The notes under the pieces were generated by a model. That model made no database searches. It was not told the DNA's origin and saw nothing but the letters and a program-made list of their open reading frames with translations. DNA of 64,000 bases. Source: Candidatus Omnitrophota bacterium. Its GTDB lineage: Bacteria > Omnitrophota > Gorgyraeia > 1-14-0-20-64-10. Location of the stretch: positions 10,064 to 74,063 of the forward strand of contig JACOVG010000006.1 of the NCBI GenBank assembly GCA_016177405.1. Reading direction: 5' to 3'. Below are positions 46,867-55,270 of the stretch, piece by piece. The translations under genes were made by a program, and so were the position numbers. Each line of letters begins with the position of its first letter. The first letter of the stretch is position 1.

Positions 46867-47813
46867 GGGGCCGCCTGGAGGGCGGGCGCCCCCCGGAAGA
46901 ATGGAATCAGATTCTGGACCGCCCGCAGCTCCATCCGCGTCCTGGAGGCCCGGGTAAGCGAGGCGATGTGCGGGGTCAGCAGAACCTGCGGCATATGAGA
47001 CAGCGGGCCCACGTAAGGTTCGGTCTCAAAAACGTCCAGCGCCGCGGAGGAAAGACGGCCCGATTGGAGGGCCCCCACCAAGGCCGCCTCATCCACCAGA
47101 TGGCCCCGGGCCGTGTTGACCAGCCGGGCGCCCGGTTTCATCTGGGCAAACTCCCTGGAGCCCAAGACCGGCCCCTGTCTCGGGTCCCTTGCCGCGTGCA
47201 GGGAAACCAAATCGGACTGCGCCAGAAGGTCAGCCAGCGGCAGATTCGAGACCCCTTCCGGGCGCTGTCCTGCCGGGAGGACCGGGTCGCAGACCAGGAT
47301 CCTGGGCCCAAAGGGGCGCAGGAGTTTTTCCACCGCCTGGCCGACCCGGCCAAACCCGATCAAACCGATGCTCCACTCCGAGAGAAGATGCCCCACCTGT
47401 TTTTTCCAAAGACCCTGATCGAGATTCCTCAAGTGAAGGGGAAAATCCCGCGCCAGGGCCAGGATCATGCCGACCGTGATCTCCGCCACCGGGGCAGTCA
47501 CTTCCTCGGGCGTGGTGAGAACCGCGATCGCAAGTTCGGAAGCCGACGCCAGATCGATGGAATCGGTCCCTGTGCCGCATCGGCTGATCACCTTGAGATT
47601 CTTCAGGGACTGAAGAAGCCTTCTGTCGTAGGGCTCCACACCGGCCACGACCGCATCCGCCCGCGCGAGCAGGGAGGCCATCTCCTCTCCCTTCAAGCGC
47701 CTGCCCAGAGGGTTACGATGAATCTCAAAGCCGGCCTCCCGGAGAAGCTGAAGCGGCCGGTCGTCCGACTCGCCAAATTGCGCGAGCGCCACAAAAACCA
47801 CCGGCTGTTTCAC
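46863..47813 (-). CDS. D-2-hydroxyacid (phosphoglycerate dehydrogenase-like) dehydrogenase
   Basis: ISRCGTGTD, GLIGFGRVG, VNTARG, LDVFETEP, TPHIAS. Confidence 0.92.
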   Translation of the reverse strand: MKQPVVFVALAQFGESDDRPLQLLREAGFEIHRNPLGRRLKGEEMASLLARADAVVAGVEPYDRRLLQSLKNLKVISRCGTGTDSIDLASASELAIAVLTTPEEVTAPVAEITVGMILALARDFPLHLRNLDQGLWKKQVGHLLSEWSIGLIGFGRVGQAVEKLLRPFGPRILVCDPVLPAGQRPEGVSNLPLADLLAQSDLVSLHAARDPRQGPVLGSREFAQMKPGARLVNTARGHLVDEAALVGALQSGRLSSAALDVFETEPYVGPLSHMPQVLLTPHIASLTRASRTRMELRAVQNLIPFFRGAPALQAAP

Positions 47814-48583
47814 CCCTTCAGCACCTGATGAAGAACCGCCCTCTGAAGGGGATCCTGGTCCAGGAGGTGTTCCACGGCTTTCACCTCGCCTGGGAGGTTG
47901 ATCCCCGCATACCCTCGAGGGAAGGCAATCCCCTGCAGGAGGACGTCGTGCTCCAGGATTCTGGATTGGTCCACCGACTCCAGGGTCTCAAGCGGCGTGC
48001 GGGCAAGTCCAGGATAGCGTTGAAGAAAATCCTGCCGGTAGCCCAAGATCCCCAGGATCTTACGCACCGGCTGCGCCCCGTTGCCGGCCGCCTTCAGGTG
48101 GGAGAAATTCCGGCCGCAAAAGAGTATCCTCCCGGAAACCGAAACGACGCACTTGACAACCGAGGGATCACCAAGCTCGCCAGGGGTTTCCAGAGAGGCC
48201 ACGGCGTTCCAAGCGGCCAGCTCGGGCCGCTGCCCGATGGCCTGAACCAGGCTCTCTAAATCACGAGGCAAAACCAGGATCTCATCCCCTTGAACATTCA
48301 CCACATGGGTGCAGTCCAGCTTCCCCGCCGCCTCCGCCACCCGGTCCGTTGCCGCCGGATGCCTGGAGGAAGTCATCAGCACCCGGCCGCCGGAACGCTC
48401 AACCACTTGGGCGATCTGGCGATCGCAGGTCGCCACCACCACTTCCTCGAAGCCCTTGCACAGCGCTGCCCTGCGGCGGACGTGCTCGATCATGGGGAGG
48501 CCCCGGATCTCCACCAGGGGCTTGCCCGGGAATCGACTGGAGGCCATCCGGGCCGGTATGATGCAGGCCACCCGCGTGCCCAT
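47810..48583 (-). CDS. kdsB: 3-deoxy-manno-octulosonate cytidylyltransferase-like
   Basis: IIPARMASSRFPGKPL, VVATCD, TDRVAEA, VNVQGDE, LETLESVDQSRILE. Confidence 0.88.
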   Translation of the reverse strand: MGTRVACIIPARMASSRFPGKPLVEIRGLPMIEHVRRRAALCKGFEEVVVATCDRQIAQVVERSGGRVLMTSSRHPAATDRVAEAAGKLDCTHVVNVQGDEILVLPRDLESLVQAIGQRPELAAWNAVASLETPGELGDPSVVKCVVSVSGRILFCGRNFSHLKAAGNGAQPVRKILGILGYRQDFLQRYPGLARTPLETLESVDQSRILEHDVLLQGIAFPRGYAGINLPGEVKAVEHLLDQDPLQRAVLHQVLKG

Positions 48584-49344
48584 TACTGGGGCAGGGTCCC
48601 GCAATCCACGTTGAGGCACTGACCGGTGATCGCCGAAGCCTCCGGCGAGGCCAAGAAGTAGACCACCTGCGCCACTTCGTGAACCGTCGGCAGCCGGCCC
48701 AGGGCCGTTTGGGTGGCGGCGAAGGAGGCGAGATACCCGCTCACATCCTCGCCATGGGCGGGCGAAGCGGGCTCGGAAAGAGAGCTCAAGATCTGTTCCG
48801 TCTCCACATAGACCGGGCAGACCGCGTTGACGCGGATCCCTTGGGGCCCAAGCTCCTTGGCCAGGGCCTGGGTGATGCCGTTGACCGCGAACTTCGCGGC
48901 GCAATAAACGCTGTTGTTGGCCGAGCCGCGCTTGCCTGCCAGAGAGGAGACATTGATCAGGGCCCCTCCTTCCTTCAGGGCGGGAGCCGCCGCCGCGCAC
49001 CCCCAGAGGGTCCCCAAGATGCTGGTCTCCAGGATCTCCAAGGCAAACGGCTCGTCAATCTCCGTCAGGCCGCGCCACCTGGAAATCCCCGCGCAGTTGA
49101 CGAATACCTCCAGAGACCCGAATTGCTTAACAACCTTCCCAACAAAATCACGGGCTTGCTCCCGCTGTCGAACCTCCAGGGTAAAGTGAGCGATCGAAGA
49201 TTCCAAGCCGGGGTCCCGGGGCGACCGGGAACCCACGGCCACCCGGTAGCCTCGAGAGGCAAAAAGCTCGGCCACGGCCCGGCCGATCCCCCGGTTGCCG
49301 CCGGTGACCGCCACCACCGGCCGCGATTCTCCCGAAGGAGTCAT
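48583..49344 (-). CDS. SDR oxidoreductase (polyol/sugar dehydrogenase-like)
   Basis: TGGNRGIG, NVSSLAGKRGSANNSVYCAAK, ITGQCLNVDCG. Confidence 0.9.
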   Translation of the reverse strand: MTPSGESRPVVAVTGGNRGIGRAVAELFASRGYRVAVGSRSPRDPGLESSIAHFTLEVRQREQARDFVGKVVKQFGSLEVFVNCAGISRWRGLTEIDEPFALEILETSILGTLWGCAAAAPALKEGGALINVSSLAGKRGSANNSVYCAAKFAVNGITQALAKELGPQGIRVNAVCPVYVETEQILSSLSEPASPAHGEDVSGYLASFAATQTALGRLPTVHEVAQVVYFLASPEASAITGQCLNVDCGTLPQ

Positions 49345-50093
49345 AGGGTCATGGCGGTGAACCCGCCGTCCACGGTCACCACGGAACCGGTCACGAAACT
49401 CGAGGCGTCAGAGGCCAGCCACAGGACCGCCCCCACCAATTCCTCCGGCTTGCCGAACCGCCCCGCGGGGGTGTGATTCAGAATCTTGGCCTTCCGGTCG
49501 TCGTCGATGAAGTTTTTCATGCTCCAGGCGGTCGGGAAAAAACCTGGTTTGAGGGCGTTCACCCGGACGTTGCGAGGGGCCCATTCCCGGGCCAGGTTTT
49601 GGGTTAGGTTCAGGACTCCCGACTTGGCGGCCGAGTAGACAAACGCCTTGGAAAGGGGCGGCCCGGCGGAAACCGAGGTGAAATTGATGATAGAACCTCT
49701 GCGCTGGCGGACCATCGTCTCCCCGAAGACCTGGCACCCCAACAGGGTGCCCAGGAAGTTCACCCCCATCACCCGGTCAACTTCCTGGCGCGAAATCTTC
49801 AAAAAGGGGGTGGGGGCGTTGGCCCCGGCGCCGTTGATCAGCAGGTCAATCCGCCCATGCGCCTTAAGGATCTTCTGCCTGCAGCGAATCCAGTCCTCTT
49901 TTCGGGTCACATCGCAGCGGAGATACCCCACCGAGCCCGGCAGCCCCGCTTGACGCGCCTTCTTCTCACCGGCTAAATCCAGCACGGTCACGCGAACACC
50001 CGCCTCATCCAACGCTTGGGAGATGACAGCGCACAGATGTCCCGCGCCGCCCGACACGGCGGCCACCCTGCCGGAGAGATCAGCGTTGTTCAA
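49341..50093 (-). CDS. SDR oxidoreductase (gluconate/mannonate dehydrogenase-like)
   Basis: SGGAGHLC, LINGAG, YSAAK, HTPAGRFG, FVTGSVVTVDGG. Start estimated (TTG). Confidence 0.88.
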   Translation of the reverse strand: MNNADLSGRVAAVSGGAGHLCAVISQALDEAGVRVTVLDLAGEKKARQAGLPGSVGYLRCDVTRKEDWIRCRQKILKAHGRIDLLINGAGANAPTPFLKISRQEVDRVMGVNFLGTLLGCQVFGETMVRQRRGSIINFTSVSAGPPLSKAFVYSAAKSGVLNLTQNLAREWAPRNVRVNALKPGFFPTAWSMKNFIDDDRKAKILNHTPAGRFGKPEELVGAVLWLASDASSFVTGSVVTVDGGFTAMTL

Positions 50094-51192
50094 GGGGCGC
50101 GGCCTCCAACGGACCCGCGGCAGGGATCGGCTGCGGGAGCCGTTCGCCGATGTATTCAAAATAAGGGTTGTTGGCCACCTTCTCGTTGAAGAAGAAGGCC
50201 CGCCGGGGATAGAGGTAAGGGGCCGAGAAGATGGGGCACACGGCGAAATGGAGCCGGCGGCGGGTGGGAATCCAGAGGGGATAGTCCGCCACGGTCAGGT
50301 CGGTGTCGTACGTGGGCCGCGATTGAATCCTGTTCACCAGAAAGAGGAAACGGGCATTCTGGACAGGGGCCGAGTCGGTGTAGAAGCTGAACCATTCCGG
50401 GGACATCTCCCCGAAGGAAGCGCAGTTGAAGACCAGGTCCACCGCCTCTGGCGCCAACCCGGCGAATCGCGGACAGGGCAACAGAACAAAGTCATACTGC
50501 CGGATCCAGCTGCGGGTCAGCACAGGCTGCCGGAGGACCTCGCGGATCCCGGCCACGCGGGCCTTTGGCAGCCACCTCTTCAGGAAGTAGTGGGCCAGGA
50601 GCAGCTGCTCGGAGAAATCGGCCAGGACCTGGTGGGTTCCCCTATACTCCTGGCTCACCAGACCGGAAAAGATACCGTAGCTTGAGCCGATGTCCAGAAC
50701 CACGTCGCCGGCCGCCAGGCGCTGCCCGAGCTTCTCCTTAAGGACCGCCTGGCACCAGATGTGCTTGAGCCACCGGTAGGTCACCACGAAGCCCTTGCGC
50801 CGGTAAACGAAGGGCTCCCCCACCGGCGTGCAGGGATACTTTCGAAGCAGGTCCTCCGCGGCGGCGCTGCCTTGGATCACCTGAAGACACTCCTCCAGCG
50901 TCTGGCGGACCCCGCGGCGGCCTCCCCCCAGGAAATTCCTCGGGTCGGGACGGTTGATGTGAAAGGTGGGGTCATCCGGAATGAAGATCCGAAGGCGGCG
51001 AAATCGCCGGAAGGTCTCGGGTTCGATGGAACCGTCTGGCCGCAGGAGCCGTTTGGGCTCCTCCGTGATCAGCGACCGCCATTTTGGGATCAGCGCCTGG
51101 GCAGGCAATCCCAGTAGTCCGGCTCCGCGGGCCGCCTGGGCATCGGCCTGCACCTGGGCCAGCACCTCCTCCTCCCGAAGGCGATCAGGCAT
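50080..51192 (-). CDS. Putative sugar O-methyltransferase family protein
   Basis: VLDIGSSYG, LADF, DLVFNCASFGEM motif typical of putative sugar O-methyltransferases. Confidence 0.75.
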   Translation of the reverse strand: MPDRLREEEVLAQVQADAQAARGAGLLGLPAQALIPKWRSLITEEPKRLLRPDGSIEPETFRRFRRLRIFIPDDPTFHINRPDPRNFLGGGRRGVRQTLEECLQVIQGSAAAEDLLRKYPCTPVGEPFVYRRKGFVVTYRWLKHIWCQAVLKEKLGQRLAAGDVVLDIGSSYGIFSGLVSQEYRGTHQVLADFSEQLLLAHYFLKRWLPKARVAGIREVLRQPVLTRSWIRQYDFVLLPCPRFAGLAPEAVDLVFNCASFGEMSPEWFSFYTDSAPVQNARFLFLVNRIQSRPTYDTDLTVADYPLWIPTRRRLHFAVCPIFSAPYLYPRRAFFFNEKVANNPYFEYIGERLPQPIPAAGPLEAAPLEQR

Positions 51193-51928
51193 TCTTAACG
51201 CAGAGAAACCCGCAGAAGTTGTACCACTGGAAGAAGGTCTCGGCGATTTGAAAGCCGCATTTCCGGAAAAGCTCCAGGTTCTCGTCCAACTTGAAGGGAA
51301 CAAGAACGTTCTCCAAGGCCTCCCGCTTGCGTGCGATCTCCTCGTGGGTGTAGCCATTCCTCTTCTTGAAGGCGTAGTAGCGTTCGATGAAGAACTGGTT
51401 CATCTCGCCCTGGCGCGTGAGGATCTTCTCGGTCACGATGAAGGCGCCGCCGTTGACCAGCGACTCATAAATGTGCCTCACGAGGCGATCCCGATGCAGG
51501 GGGCGCACAAACTGCAGCGTCCAGCACAGCGTCACAACGCTCGCCTTGTCCAGACACAGCTCCGGATCGCTCACGTCCCGGCAGTGGATCTCCACCGTCT
51601 CCTGAAGCTTGCTTTCCGCCACGCGGGCCTTCGCCCGCTGGACCATGGGCTCCGAGGAATCGTAGCCCACCAGCCGGGCGCTCTGACCCTGCAGGGCGCT
51701 GGCAACGTTGACGAGGGTGGTCCCGGTCGAGCAGCCCAGGTCGTAAACGCGCGTGTTGGGGACCCAGAAATGCCTGGCCAGCTCCTGGATCAGGTGCTGC
51801 TGTTCCCGGTAGAAGGGAACGCTGCGCTCGAGCATATCGTCGAATACGGCGGCCACCTCGCTGTTGAACTCAAAGTCGGTCGCCCGAGAGGCGGTGCCTT
51901 GAAAGATCTGGTCCCTGCTGTCAGCCAT
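51185..51928 (-). CDS. cmoA: Carboxy-S-adenosyl-L-methionine synthase CmoA-like
   Basis: FEFNSEVAAVFDDMLERSVPFY, VYDLGCSTG, TLQFV, EK, FKKRNGYTHEEIARKREALENVLVP, FQWYNF all match CmoA signatures. Confidence 0.9.
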   Translation of the reverse strand: MADSRDQIFQGTASRATDFEFNSEVAAVFDDMLERSVPFYREQQHLIQELARHFWVPNTRVYDLGCSTGTTLVNVASALQGQSARLVGYDSSEPMVQRAKARVAESKLQETVEIHCRDVSDPELCLDKASVVTLCWTLQFVRPLHRDRLVRHIYESLVNGGAFIVTEKILTRQGEMNQFFIERYYAFKKRNGYTHEEIARKREALENVLVPFKLDENLELFRKCGFQIAETFFQWYNFCGFLCVKNA

Positions 51929-52577
51929 GGGGGTCCTCCTGCTTGCTAAGCAAAAACATCGCGTCCACGTTGTCACCCTCTTTGTACGGGTACCGTTCCT
52001 CCTTCAGGAGTTTGAGATCCGGAAAGGATTCCCGGTAAAGACGGGCAAAATCGCCTTTCCAAAGGAGATCCTTGCGCCCCTGGTACAAAACCGTTTCGTA
52101 CCGGTCCGAGAAGTACTCATAGCCCCAGATCCACCCGCGGCTGCAGCGCCGGATCTCCAAGAGCGCGCGCCGCAGGTCCGAGGGAGACACGTGGATCAGG
52201 ACACCGGAGGTAAAAACCAGATCAAAGGAGCCTGCCTGGAAGGGGATCTCCAGGGCCGAACCCTGAACGATCCGAAGGCCCCGGGATCTGGTCTTGGCCT
52301 TTCGCGCGGCATCCCCCTGCAGCTCAATACCGCAGAGGTTCGTAAAGCCCATCCTCTGAAGGCACAAGAGCTGAATTCCAATGTTGCAGCCGACCTCCAG
52401 GATCCGCGCCGCCCGGTCCAGGCCTCCGATGAACCGCTCGTTGAGTTCGGTCCTGGTCCATCCCAGACGGCTCCGGAAACGCTCCTCTAACTCTTCTACC
52501 GAGATCTCGTTGCGGTCGGTATAGTCCCTCCCGAACTCCCCCGCCCACTGGGCCATTTGAGCGGTCTGGGAAGCCAT
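51921..52577 (-). CDS. Pseudaminic acid biosynthesis-associated methylase family protein
   Basis: WAGEFGRDYTDRN, ILEVGCNIG, FDLVFTSGVLIH, EYFS, LWKGDFA. Confidence 0.88.
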   Translation of the reverse strand: MASQTAQMAQWAGEFGRDYTDRNEISVEELEERFRSRLGWTRTELNERFIGGLDRAARILEVGCNIGIQLLCLQRMGFTNLCGIELQGDAARKAKTRSRGLRIVQGSALEIPFQAGSFDLVFTSGVLIHVSPSDLRRALLEIRRCSRGWIWGYEYFSDRYETVLYQGRKDLLWKGDFARLYRESFPDLKLLKEERYPYKEGDNVDAMFLLSKQEDPHG

Positions 52578-52578
52578 C

Positions 52579-53568
52579 TTAGGCCTCACCGGCCAGGTGA
52601 ACCAGCCGGTGCCAGGTGGGACCGTCAAAATGGTTCACCCACGGGATCCTCATTCCCAGCCACCGGGGGCCTGGGGCAAGGGTTTGGGCCTCGAGGTAGT
52701 GGACAAAATAGGGGCAGGGACCCTCTAAGAAGATCTGGTCCCTGGTCGACCAGGGGTAATCGTGAAAGCTGGCCACCTCGCCGCCCGGCAGCTTCTTGTA
52801 GAGACGGTTAGAGCAGTAAAAACGGGAACTGGGGCCGCTTCGTTTTCTTAAGAATGAGAAATAGGCCTGGATGTTGGCCGGGGTCATCTCCTGCATGCTG
52901 ACCAGGTTGATGGCGCAGTCGATCTTCTCTTCGATCCGCTCGATCTCCCGGCCAAGGACAAAGGTGACAGCCGCCGGAGACCCGGTCGCGCCTTCGGAGG
53001 GCAGCACCCGCATGGAAATCGGCTCGCGGGAAAAAGCCTTTTGATAAGTGCACAGCTGGAACATCAGCGTCTTGGGCAAGTCAATGGCGAAGATACGGGT
53101 CGATTCCAAACCGAACCGCCGAAGGATGAGCGTCCCCAGGAATCCATCACCGTCTCCGATCATGGCGAAGGTCTTGGGTGCAAGCCCCTGCGCGCGGAAA
53201 TGCTCTTCCAGAATGGCCACGACCACGGCAGACGACCACTCATGGCGGGTCAGGGAAAGCCCCAGGTCGCGAGCGAGGGCCTTCGCATGCGCCCAGGCCG
53301 AAGGGAAGGCTCGAAGGGTGCGGGTGTACGGCAGGTACGAGAGCCGCTCCAAGCCGTAGAGCCCCCGGCCCAGCCAACCCGTCTTACTGTGGGAGGTGAA
53401 CCCTGCCCCGTGCAGAAACAGGCGATCGCCCCGGCGCTCGACCGTCATCTGCCTGGCATACCGCTTCCAGAGGGAGCTGGCCTCCTCCGGAACAGAGTCC
53501 TGCTCAATCACCGTAAGCAGGGACTCGGCAGCGGGACTTAGGGGATGCTCTCCAACCATGCTGTTCAT
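52579..53568 (-). CDS. Putative sugar O-methyltransferase family protein
   Basis: SSLW, MIGDGDG, IDLPKTL, AINLVSMQEM, FYCSNR. Start trimmed to ATG 53568. Confidence 0.72.
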   Translation of the reverse strand: MNSMVGEHPLSPAAESLLTVIEQDSVPEEASSLWKRYARQMTVERRGDRLFLHGAGFTSHSKTGWLGRGLYGLERLSYLPYTRTLRAFPSAWAHAKALARDLGLSLTRHEWSSAVVVAILEEHFRAQGLAPKTFAMIGDGDGFLGTLILRRFGLESTRIFAIDLPKTLMFQLCTYQKAFSREPISMRVLPSEGATGSPAAVTFVLGREIERIEEKIDCAINLVSMQEMTPANIQAYFSFLRKRSGPSSRFYCSNRLYKKLPGGEVASFHDYPWSTRDQIFLEGPCPYFVHYLEAQTLAPGPRWLGMRIPWVNHFDGPTWHRLVHLAGEA

Positions 53569-53585
53569 TCTATGAACACCATTGC

Positions 53586-53614
53586 ATCCAACCACAGCTT
53601 TTAGCCCTTGTCAA
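53586..53614 (-). promoter_or_regulatory. Possible weak internal sigma70 promoter
   Basis: TTGACA (53614-53609, includes the upstream TGA stop), 17 nt, TGn-TTGGAT in an AT-richer gap. The -10 is poor. Confidence 0.3.
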
Positions 53615-55263
53615 GACTGCCCTCCGCCCATTGGCACCCGATACCGGATCTTCCTCTGGGCCCCGGGTAGGAGCTCCCAGTCGGCCTCAAGATCAGCTTG
53701 GGCATTCAGTTCGGACAGGTCGAAGTAACGGGCGCTCCCCATGAAATGGAGATACCCTTGCCGGCAGTGCCTCACGAGAGCAGGCTCCCGGGAGAGATTC
53801 TCCAGGTGGTCATCGATCACAAGCTCCGAGGCGGTCCAGTGAATGGTCCGTTCCATTCGAAAGGGAAGTTTTGAGCTCCTGAAGATGAGGCGCTTGGCCA
53901 TCAGCCGCTTCAAGGCGAGGTTGGCCGGCATGAACCAGCCGAAGGCAAGCTGGTAAACCCTAAGCAGCAGGAAGAAAAGGGGCCTCTGGCGCAGGCGGGT
54001 GGGTCGCTGGGCGCAGGCACGGAAGGTCATACGGTCGCCCTGCCGTTGGGTCCGGCCATCCATGACGCCGGTAAAACCCGCGCTGCGGCCCAGCCGGATA
54101 AAATAGCCAGCACTGGAAAAGAGGACCCTGTTCGCCTCCTCGTCCTCCACTTGCACCATCCCTCCGTTCAGGCGCCCCCGAGCTGTTCCCCTCCCCCTCT
54201 GAAGGCAGAAGAGAGTGGAGGCGGGGCAGAAGAAATCGGAAGCATGGGCGTGCCGCGCCGGCCCCGGCGATTCTTGGGTTTGCCCCCCCGCCGCAAGAAA
54301 TGCCCGGACATAGTCCGAAAGAAGAGGAACGAGGTTCTGGAGATCTGTCGTCCGGTTGGTGATGCCCAGATCCCTCTGGATGACGGCGCGAACCGCCGCG
54401 CGCAGATCCGGCCCCGCTTCAAACCTCGCGGCCAGCTCGAAACCGGACGGAAACAGCAGCTTGGTCCCCCGGCAGCCGTAGCAACCGCCGTTGCCGCTGA
54501 CCGGGCTTAGGAAATGGCTTGAAAACTCCAAGGCCCTCGCGAGAGCCTTCCGCAGCCGCGGGTCCTCCAAGCGCGCCGAGCACGCCGCCAGATGCGCCAC
54601 ACCTAGGGTTTGATAACCAGGATCCGCGCCCAGGTACTCAAAGAAAGCGCCGGAGGCGAGCTGCCGTTGGAGAACCTTCTCGATCAGGAACAGCGCCCTC
54701 TGCCGGTAGCCGGACTCCCCCGTCAGGGCGTTCAGATCCAGAAGCCCCGCCGCCATCCCCAGTTGATGGTTTGAATTGAACCCGTGCCGCTCCTCGTGGC
54801 GCAGCAGGAATCGCCCTGCCCTGCCGCACATCTTTCGAAATTGCTCTTGGGTTTTGGCGCCAAGATTCCCCTTCAGCAGTTCGGCGGCCAGATGCGCGTC
54901 GTGCACCAGCAGGCCCGCCGTCACCACAGAGTTGTCGTTGGGGTAGCACTGGGTGAAGGCGCCGTTGGTGTACTGTTCTAAGAGACAAAACGAAAACGCC
55001 TGCTCGATCCATCGCAGGAGGCTTCCGTTGTGGAAATAAGGGTTGCGGGGCGCCTGGTATTGGTAAAGAAAGCTTAGCGGCAGGATCAGCCTCTGAAGAT
55101 CCATGTTGGAGAAATCGCTGGCGCCCCAGGCCCAATGCAGGCGGTCAAAACTCCCGAAGGCGCTGGAAAACGGCTCCCGGTCCAGGTGGGAAAGCACCTG
55201 GGGCGCCGCCTCCAGCAGGCGGTCGGCGTAAAGATTCGAGGGAGAGCTGTCCGTGGGCGGCAT
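53611..55263 (-). CDS. Hypothetical protein, probable alpha/alpha-toroid N-domain plus beta-rich C-domain (lyase/epimerase-like)
   Basis: 550 aa. GSFDRLHW, NHQLGMAAGL, GAFFEYLGADPGYQ. No signal peptide seen. Confidence 0.5.
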   Translation of the reverse strand: MPPTDSSPSNLYADRLLEAAPQVLSHLDREPFSSAFGSFDRLHWAWGASDFSNMDLQRLILPLSFLYQYQAPRNPYFHNGSLLRWIEQAFSFCLLEQYTNGAFTQCYPNDNSVVTAGLLVHDAHLAAELLKGNLGAKTQEQFRKMCGRAGRFLLRHEERHGFNSNHQLGMAAGLLDLNALTGESGYRQRALFLIEKVLQRQLASGAFFEYLGADPGYQTLGVAHLAACSARLEDPRLRKALARALEFSSHFLSPVSGNGGCYGCRGTKLLFPSGFELAARFEAGPDLRAAVRAVIQRDLGITNRTTDLQNLVPLLSDYVRAFLAAGGQTQESPGPARHAHASDFFCPASTLFCLQRGRGTARGRLNGGMVQVEDEEANRVLFSSAGYFIRLGRSAGFTGVMDGRTQRQGDRMTFRACAQRPTRLRQRPLFFLLLRVYQLAFGWFMPANLALKRLMAKRLIFRSSKLPFRMERTIHWTASELVIDDHLENLSREPALVRHCRQGYLHFMGSARYFDLSELNAQADLEADWELLPGAQRKIRYRVPMGGGQS

Positions 55264-55270
55264 GCTCTCG

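Noticed and set aside
46863-47813. Housekeeping serA
   Set aside because: Lacks the ACT regulatory domain and sits within a sugar cassette.
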